Assembly (NCBI GenBank): GCA_025558095.1
Contig: JAIVFI010000043.1
Coordinates: 62,001 to 126,000, forward strand
Length of the DNA stretch: 64,000 nt
Direction of reading: 5' to 3'
DNA from: Hyaloraphidium curvatum SAG 235-1
Taxonomy: Eukaryota > Fungi > Monoblepharomycota
The notes below the pieces were generated by a model, which searched no databases, was not told the DNA's origin, and worked only from the letters and a program-made list of their open reading frames with translations. This document shows, piece by piece, positions 48,015 through 56,000 of this stretch (within the stretch, counting starts at the first letter, position 1; every line of letters starts with the position of its first letter). The translations under genes and the position numbers were made by a program.

Positions 48015-48732
48015 TCAGAGCTTGGCAGCGGGACCAGCGGCCTGCAGAATCTGGGAGAGCTGTGGAAGGTGAAAAAGAAGCGTCAGCGATGATGAAACAA
48101 GGCCAGACATCCAGAACGATGGAGAATCCCGGATGGAACTGCCCACCTTCATCGCCAGCATGATGTTGCCTTCGACGTTGAGTGCTCCCATCATGAAGGC
48201 CTTCTGGGCGTCCAGCTTGCCCGAAGCGAGGTCGACCATGTCCACGTCCTTAATCTGAGCAGGCAGATGATGTTGTTCGACGCCAGGAGATAGCCGAAGA
48301 CGTCGGATGACCGGGTCAGAGGGCGACGACACAGCAAGACAAGGGAGGAGGTCGGAACACAGCGTCAGACCCGGTTCCCGCGCAAAATTTCCACCTCCCG
48401 AAGAGTCTTCGAGTCCGAAAACATGTCACAGCAGTCTTCCGCGGCACCCCGGAGCCAACTGGGGCCTGAATGCCTTCCCCGCCCCGAGACTCCGTCTCCT
48501 CCCCCGACAAACACCGCACCTGAATGGTCACGTCCGCGTCCGGCGCATCGCCCTCGACCACCTTGCCCTCCTTCTTGAGGTCGATGTAGTACTTCTTGAC
48601 GTCGCTCTTGTTCTTGATTTCGAACAGGAACACGCCCTTGGTCTTCTCGACCTGCTTCGCGCGCTCCTCCGCCGACAGGCCCGCCATGAACGCCCCGATG
48701 CGCTTGAAAACTTCGTCGGAAGCAAAAGACAT
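48015..48732 (-). CDS. Sterol carrier protein 2 (SCP2) domain protein, 3 exons
   Basis: YYIDLK...ADVTIQ|IKDVD...GKLDAQKAFMMGALNVEGNIMLAMK|L; ends AKL (PTS1-like). Confidence 0.88.
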
Positions 48733-49149
48733 GGTTGCCGGTGTCTTCTTCGGGGACGGAGGGGAGGGGCGGAGTCGAGCTGTGGAGCTACAAGACCGTC
48801 ACGTGCTCGCCGCGCGCCAACCCGGGAGACTGTCCCGGTTACGCTCGTTTAGGTAGCTCATTTCACCTGCTTCCCCACGACATCCTTGCCTACTTTTGAA
48901 GGGTCCGCCGTGGACGACGAGGATATTCTCGCAGCACTGCGCGAGGAAGCCAAAACAGACGGAACGGCCGCGCCGGTCAAGCAGACGAAGCGGCGGCACG
49001 TGGTCAGACCGCTCACGATGATAGGAGCTGTGGCTTTTCGATGAGCAAGAACCACCTTAGTTAGACAATAGTAGTCAGACAGTAGTTAATAGGTGACTCA
49101 GACGAAGGTGTAGGCTTGGTGGCGGAAAAGGAATCATCACGATCTGTAT

Positions 49150-49760
49150 CACAGGCGCTGAGCGCCCCCCAACCCCGATACATCACGTCACGCCATATAC
49201 ATTGAATTCGGGGAAGAGGGGAGGGGTTAGATGTCCGCCGAGCTGCGGGGTACAGGCTTCCTTGAACCTGTTCATAAGCTGTTGGCAACCCAGTACGCGC
49301 CCCCGCTGAACAACGGCGCGCAGACGGCCGGTCTGGCGGGCCATGAGACCATCGACATCCCAGTCTTTGCCGTCGGATTTGGTGCGCGGGGAAGAGATCT
49401 CTCGAGACCAAACACGAAGCTGTTCGTCCGCCGCGTCGTGCAGGCGGCCGAAGGTCGAGACCGCAAACCAAACGAGGTTGTGCACGGGGGGATCGGGAAC
49501 GTAGAACTGGTTGGCAAGGGCCGTCGCCCTTCTTCTGAACAGCGCGGCACAGGAGCGAGGTCTCGTTGCGGGAGTCCGTCGAGCGCGAGGCCGTGACGCT
49601 GGGGGTAACAACGGTGACGTCGACGAGGTCAGAACGAGCGCCCACGCGGCGGATGACGATGTCGGTCGAGGTTTTCCCGATGTCCAGGGCTCGTGCAAGT
49701 GTGGTGTCTTTGGGCACGAACCCATTCTCGAGGTAACCACGATGACGACGGTCGACGACC
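49150..49760 (-). mobile_element. CRE-like RLE non-LTR retrotransposon, 3' part (endonuclease region, frameshifted)
   Basis: TDIVI...LVDVTVVTP...KK / FAVSTFGRL, a PD-(D/E)xK-type region; continuous with 60427-60806 once the Gypsy element is removed. Confidence 0.75.
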
Positions 49761-50236
49761 TGCGACGGTCCGGGTCGGAACCGGGCCTGAAGCTCTAACC
49801 CGGCGCGCGAATCCCGCTCGGCTCTTCGGGTCGGATAGGCCCTGAATATGAATAAGCGAACAGCGCTGAAGATACTTGACTGTAGCCGGGGGAAAGAGGT
49901 TACGGGATGTCTCCCGGGGTGCGTCCCAAGGGCTCTCAGAACGAGGATCCGGCCGGGCGGGGTTCCGCACGGTGGTCGAACGACACGGAGAGCACGTAGA
50001 GTCAACTGGCGATCAAGATTGTACTGTTACATGTCCCGCTCTTTATATATCCCAGGAGGGTGGCTGTGCCGAGTCACTTGCGAGTCGCTCGCGAGTCGCT
50101 CGCGAGTGACTCGCGAGTCACTCGCGAGTCGATCGCGAGTCGATCACGAGTCGATCGCGAGGACCGACGCCTCCACGCCTCCGAACCGAAAATGAAAATA
50201 CCCTTGTCCGAATGTCAGACGTCCTGTACCTTCGCA
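49761..50236 (-). repeat. 3' LTR (476 bp)
   Basis: No differences from 59951-60426 on base-by-base reading. Confidence 0.97.
50042..50161 (-). promoter_or_regulatory. LTR U3 module: eight 11-bp palindromic units followed by TATA (copy at 60232-60351)
   Basis: (GAGTSRMTCGC)x8 at 50071-50161; ATATATAAAG on the minus strand about 20 bp downstream. Confidence 0.7.
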
Positions 50237-50257
50237 CGCCCCCACCCAAAAGAAGGC
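50237..50257 (-). other. 3' polypurine tract with upstream U-tract
   Basis: Minus strand CCTTCTTTTGGGTGGGGGCG directly abuts the 3' LTR TG. Confidence 0.8.
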
Positions 50258-50378
50258 GCCGCCCTCGGCGCCACGAAATCGAAGATCCTCCGCGGAGTGA
50301 CGTCATGCTTGCAGTAGAAGATGTTGAAGGCCGAGGTGGAGACAACAGATGTTGGAGAGTGTAGGGCCGAAGGGTGGC

Positions 50379-51644
50379 TTAGGCGTCCTCAAAGTCGACG
50401 TCGGCGTCCGCCTCGTCGTCGCTCGGCGGCGGGGCGCGGAGCCGGCGGGTAAAGCCGAGAGCGAAGGCGGCATGCACGGCTGAGCCGTCCGCGGCCGAGG
50501 GGGTGTAGACCGGGGGCATGGTCGACTTGTAGGGAGCGGCCGGGATGTCGTCGTACAGGGCGGCCAAGAGGCCGTCGTCCTGCGAGACGATGGAGGAGGC
50601 GTCGCTGCTGGACACGCTCTCGGGGCGAGGAGCTGGAGGTTGCATATCCCCAGCCTCATCGTCGGAGGTGACGAGGTCCTCGTCCTTGACGCGGCCGACC
50701 GGCGTGGAGGTGACCACGGCGGGCGTCGTTTGCCCCGCCAGGGGAGCCACTTGATTGCCGAGGAAGCGACGCAGGAGGGCCCGTTGCTCGTCGGCGGTCT
50801 TGGTGAAGTGCTCGCGCTGCGCGTTCAGGCCGGCCGTGAGGAGCGTGGTGTGGTCTTGAGCTGAAAGCATGAGCTGCTTGTGCTGCTCCGACCCAAATCG
50901 CTGCAGATGGGCCGCCAGGACGCTCTTGAGGTCGGCCGCAAACTCCGCCATGGGGCCATTGTTGTGACGGGCGAGATTGGTCTCGACGACGGTCTCGATG
51001 GTGGTTTCGAGGTTGGTCCCGGTCTGAGCAACCAGCCCGGCGAGGGAAGAGCCGAACTCCCTCAACTCCTCGATGGTAGCTTCGTCCACCAGGAGAATGC
51101 CGTTGAAGTTCTGACGTTGAGCCTCGAGCACCAACGCAAGCCGGTCGAGCTGCGTCTCGATGGCACCGAGACGAGCGTCGTCGGTCCGGCGCAAGGCGGT
51201 GACGGCGAACTCAAGTTCGCGGTGGCGGCCACTGAGGACCACCTGGAGCTCGTCACGCTGCTGGCGGATCTGGGCGTCCAGGCGGGCCTCTTGCTGCTCG
51301 AGCGTCGCCGTTACGCGGTCAAGAGCGTGCTGCTCCAGGTTGCCGACATTGACGAGGGTGTTGAGCACCGGGTGGAGTGCGTCGAGGGCTGCGCGGATGG
51401 GCATGACCGCGGAGAAGGCGGCCTGCTCGACCTTGTGCAAGTGGGCCGTCGTCTGGGAGTGTCTGACGTCGAGGTCGGCCCGGAGGTCGTCCAGCCGGGT
51501 CGAGAGGGAGGCAAGCGCCGACCGATAGTCCGGGGGTACGACGCCAGGCAACGCAGCGACGGGCGCAGTCGCCGGCGGCGGCGCCGTGGCCACATGCGGC
51601 CGGCGGGGCCGCAGGTTGTGGCCGGCAGTCGTGGGGGTCGCCAT
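50379..51644 (-). CDS. Retrotransposon accessory ORF (421 aa, coiled-coil, acidic tail)
   Basis: Intact ATG-TAA ORF between pol and the 3' LTR; long heptad-like helical core; no signal peptide or TM segment. Confidence 0.75.
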   Translation of the reverse strand: MATPTTAGHNLRPRRPHVATAPPPATAPVAALPGVVPPDYRSALASLSTRLDDLRADLDVRHSQTTAHLHKVEQAAFSAVMPIRAALDALHPVLNTLVNVGNLEQHALDRVTATLEQQEARLDAQIRQQRDELQVVLSGRHRELEFAVTALRRTDDARLGAIETQLDRLALVLEAQRQNFNGILLVDEATIEELREFGSSLAGLVAQTGTNLETTIETVVETNLARHNNGPMAEFAADLKSVLAAHLQRFGSEQHKQLMLSAQDHTTLLTAGLNAQREHFTKTADEQRALLRRFLGNQVAPLAGQTTPAVVTSTPVGRVKDEDLVTSDDEAGDMQPPAPRPESVSSSDASSIVSQDDGLLAALYDDIPAAPYKSTMPPVYTPSAADGSAVHAAFALGFTRRLRAPPPSDDEADADVDFEDA

Positions 51645-51713
51645 GGGAGACGGTAGCGGCGAGGTCGACGTTGGGTGCGTAGTCCGCGGCCGCGGCCTCC
51701 TGTGGTCCGCCGC

Positions 51714-51883
51714 TTATATGGTGCGAAGCGCAGGCAACTCGCGAGTGCATCGCAAGTCGCTCGCGAGTGACTTGCGAGCGACTCGCGAGTGACTCGCGAG
51801 TGACTCGCGAGTCACTTGCGAGTCAACCGCGAGCCAACCGCGAGTCAACCGCGAGTCAACTGCGAGTCGAGTCGACCGCGAGT
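51714..51883. promoter_or_regulatory. Putative internal (bidirectional) promoter: about 13 11-bp ACTCGCGAGT-type units plus TATA
   Basis: Array at 51735-51883 with the same unit as the LTR array; CATATAAG on the minus strand at 51713-51720, about 70 bp before the accessory ORF ATG. Confidence 0.65.
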
Positions 51884-52023
51884 TCGCCCGCACACCGGGT
51901 CACCAGTCCCCGCCACGGGGGACGGGGCGCGAGCGAGGGCCGTACGCCATTGCGTCGACGAAAGCGCTCGCGGGGGATCGCGACGTAGGGTCCAGAAGAG
52001 CTGGGGGGATCTCCGCGCCTGTC

Positions 52024-53009
52024 ATGAGTGCGGAGCTGCCGAACGTCGTCCCGCCGAGTTCGTGGTTCGAGGTTCGGTTGCCGACCTTCGACGTCCTGCT
52101 GTGCACCAAGGTAAGAGCGTAGCGGCGTGGTCCTCGAACGGGAGCTCAGCGCCGCGCCAGGAGGACGACGTGGTCGACTGCTTCCTGCAACTGGTGCGTC
52201 TGGCCGCCATGCGCGGGATGTTGCCGCTGGCCGAAGAGGCTGGGAACGTCGTTGTCGAGGTCCGAGTGCTCCGTCGGCTCGTCGCCGAGCTGCGCGAGGC
52301 CGGCGGGACCGCCAAGCTGCGCGAGGCTGGCGGGGCCAGAGGCAACGACCCGATCGCGGCCGCGGCCGCAACCCGGACCTCCGGCGTCTTCCTGCCGGCG
52401 ATGTCGTCGAAGGGTGCGCCTTCCGTCGGCGAGGGCGAGTCGGCGGCGGACTCGAGGGAGGAGCTCGAGGCGGCCGACGAAGTCCCCGTGCTGTCAGTCA
52501 CGCTTCATGCGCCCTCTTGGGAGCTGGACCACTTAGGCGACTTCGAGGCCGCCACTGAACAAGGGAGCGCCTTCCAGACGGCCCAAACGGCAACTTCAGG
52601 TAAAGACGAGGGGCATGTGGTGCAGCGCGGGGAGGCCCGGGAGCAGATTGCGCAGGTGAACGGCTCGACGGGAGTACGCCCCACAAGCGCTGATCGTCAC
52701 TGAATGTGCCAGATGAAGAAGTCGTCGCCGGTCTGGGGCTTGAAGGCGGAACGGGTGACGAAGAAGGTCCCTGATGCCGTGCCGGCAGGCTCCTTCCTCC
52801 GATGGAAGATTGCCGGAACGTACGCCGGCGAACTGTACCGGAGCCCCACCAAGGGCGAAGTGGCGGTATGCTCGTTCCCGTGGTGCCATCTGGTAAAGCA
52901 CAAGGCTAAGGGCCTCCTGGGCAATCTGAACACGCATTTTCAGTCCGGGTATCACAAGTTGGCGTTCGAGGGGGTCGAGGATAGGCTCGAGGTAGTACGT
53001 CGGGTTTGA
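52024..53009 (+). CDS. Antisense, spliced gene within the retrotransposon; about 298 aa with a C-terminal BED-type zinc finger
   Basis: Exons 52024-52110, 52161-52673, 52713-53009. Introns AAG|GTAAGA..CAG (50 nt) and GGA|GTACGC..GCTGAT..CAG (39 nt), both phase 0. SSPVW...CSFPWC...GNLNTHFQSGYH. Confidence 0.65.
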
Positions 53010-53079
53010 GTCAGTGAAAAGCCGGGGATCGGAGCACAGAGATGGTAGTGCTGTGACCGGATAGACGTCGTTGGTGTTA

Positions 53080-56000
53080 CTAGCGACGCCGAGTCCGCAT
53101 GCGCCTGGGGAGACCCGTCGGGAGCTGGAGACCAACGCGATCGGCATAGGCGCGGACGATCCCTATGGCGCCGTGCAACATGTCCAGAGGGAGCTTGGTC
53201 GTGCGAGCGAAGCCCCGCCACTTGACCTCGAACTTGAGTCCGTGACCCTGGCCCTCGTGGCCGACGATGTCCTCGACGGTGTACTCCTGCTCGTTCCCAA
53301 GCGCGTTCTCGACCTCGATTTCCTCTTCGAACTCGTTCACCGGTTCCGAGAGATCGAGCTCTTCACCGGCGGCGAGCTCCGGGGCGCGTGCGTTCCACGA
53401 GCGCGCGTTGAAGGTGGCCGACTCCCAAGGCTTGTAGCGCGCCAGCCGGTCCACATGCACAGTGGTGACGTGGTCGGTCTCGTAGACGTGTCTACACTTC
53501 CAGGTGAGCTCGGTGTGGCCTGACTCCTCGATGCGGTAGGGCCCAAGATAACGAGAGACGAACTTGCCCGGCTCGCCCTTGCGCGGTCGTTCTGGTCCCC
53601 AGATGAGCACGAGGTCGCCGGGGCGGAAGGTAATCGGAAGCCGGGTAGCGTTGGCCTTGGCGTTCCGAGTCTCCGCCGCTGCGGCCATCTTCTCGGCCAC
53701 CAGGTCGTAGGCCGCACGAAGCTGCGCCACGAGCTCCACGACGTAGGTCCGCCGGCGCTCATCCTCTGTCTTCTTGTCCTCCTCGTCGCTGGCCCGCAGG
53801 TGCACTGGCTCGCGAATCTCGGTCTCGTCGTAAAGTAGGTCGAGCGGAATACGAGCATCCCGACCATGCATCAGAAAGAACGGAGTTTCGCCGGTCGTCG
53901 CGTGGATGGAGGTCCGGAAGGCAAAGATGACCCCCACGATGTCCTCGTCCCATGTCTGGTAGTTCTTGGAGACCGCTGCGCTCAGGGCGTCGATGATCCA
54001 CCGGTTCGGGCGCTCCGCGAGGGAAGCCCTGGGATGCCCAACCGTGACCAGGCCCCGGTTGATGCCGAGTAGCTTGAGCAGGTACTCCATGTAATGGTTG
54101 TCCAGGTTCGAGGCGTTGTCGTGGTGAATCCGCTTCGGAAGACCGTGCTCGAGAATCCATCGCGTATAGAGCAGCTTCGCCGTCGTCGGCCCAGAGAGGT
54201 CCGGAGTCGGATACGCCGCGACCCATTTAGTGAACGGATCGTAGACGACGAGAAGGTACTTGTTGCCGCGGGGCGTGGCCGGATTGATCTCGCCGATGTA
54301 GTCGATGTAGATGTCCTCGTTGGGACCTGTGAGAGGAACCGATTTCAGTAAGCCCTGGTTCGATACCGAAGGCATCTTCCGGGTCATGCATGTAAGGCAG
54401 GCTCGCGTCCAGCGGCGAACGTCGTGCGCCATGCCGACCCAATATACGCGGCGCCGCAGATTGCTGTACGCCCGGTGTCGCCCGACGTGCCCGCTCAGGG
54501 GATCGTCGTGCGCACGTTGCAGGTAGGCCTCCCTCAGCTCGTGCGGTATCACGAGCTGGGTGACCGGGATACGACGGGTACCAGTCGCGAGTACATCGCG
54601 CCGGCAGAGCACGCCGTCCGTAGCGAGGAAGTACTGCTCGCCGTACTTCTTGCAGAATTTGGCCAGATTCACGTTGGGAGGGAGCTCCCCGTCTCGCACG
54701 AAGCGGATCAGCGCGCTGGTCTCGACGTCGGCTTCTTGCACTTTGCGCAGGGCATCCCGGGATCTGACGTCGGCAAGGTCAATAGCACTGATGCCCCCGA
54801 CATCGGGTAGCACCTCAAGCAGTGCCGGATGAAGGAACGCCAGGTCTCGCTCAGGCACGTCTGCCGGGTCGACCTGTGCGTTCGTCGTTGGGATCGGCAG
54901 GAGGATCTGCGTCTCCGGTGCCGCAGCCTCGGGCAGGGTCCCCGGATCGCTCCACAGGGTTCCCTCCACTGCGGCAACCGTGGCCGGGAACTCCGTGCCA
55001 GACAGCACTCGCTCCATTGATTCACAATTGACTGAGGAACCCGCAGTAGCTCGTCCCGAGTCTGACTCGGTGACTGGGGTTGACGAAGAACGGGAAGTCT
55101 GACCGAGATCACTCCCGGAGAGGAATCCGGGCGCCCGTCCCCCCCCAGAAAAAGAAGAAAAAGGCAAGGGGTCGGGAGGGTTTGGGGGCCAAAAGGCAGG
55201 GATGTCCAAGATTTCCTCGGGGTCGCCCATAGGCACGTCCTCGTCGGGCGACGGCGCCACGAGCTGACGAGACAGGAAGTCGGCGTTGGAGTTCGCTTTG
55301 CCCGAGCGATGGATGATCTGGAACCTGAAGTCCGAGAGCCGGAGGATCCAGCGCTGTAGGCGGCCCGGCTTGGAGGTCTCCAAGAGCCATTTGAGGGCGC
55401 TATGGTCGGTGACCACCTCAAACTCGTCCCCGATCAAATACGCCCAGAAATGCTCGCATGCCCAAACAACGGCCAGGGCTTCGCGCTCCCGAGTGTCCCA
55501 CTTGCGCTCGTTCGGCTGCAGAGCGCGGCTGGCGTAGGCGATGACGTACTCCTTGCCATCGGAGTCCCGCTGGCTGAGCACCGCGCCGAGGCCGATATCG
55601 CTGGCATCCGTGAACAAGACGAAGCGCTTGGAAAAGTCGGGGCGACGGAGCACGGGCGCCGACGTAAGCCGTTCCTTTAGCATACGGAAGGCGGCCTCGC
55701 ATGCGTCGTCCCAGGCCCGAGAGACCGAGACGCCGTCCTGCGTCAGGCGGGTGAGCGGGCTGGCAATGTTGGCGTAGCCGGCAATGAAGGGGCGATAGTA
55801 GTTGGAGAGGCCGAGAAACGATTGGAGCTCCTTCTTGGTCGTTGGGCGGGGGAACTGGTCCACCGCGCGGGTCTTCTCGGGGTCGACCTTGAGGCCGTCG
55901 GCGGTGACGTAATGCCCGAGGTATTTGACCTCGCGGCGGAAGAACTTGCATTTGGCCAGCTTCAGAGTCATCCCGGCCTCGCGCAGTCGGTCAAAGAGGA

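Noticed and set aside
1-49000. Bacterial origin of the contig; tRNA or rRNA genes
   Set aside because: Spliceosomal introns occur throughout, and no cloverleaf or rRNA signature was recognised.
50379-51644. env gene
   Set aside because: No signal peptide, transmembrane anchor or cysteines.
50071-51883. 11-bp arrays as a CRISPR array
   Set aside because: There are no unique spacers and no cas genes; the units are contiguous and lie inside a eukaryotic LTR element.
52701-52703. Stop-codon readthrough or selenocysteine at the in-frame TGA
   Set aside because: The TGA lies within a plausible 39-nt GT-AG intron with a branch point; splicing is simpler, though untested.
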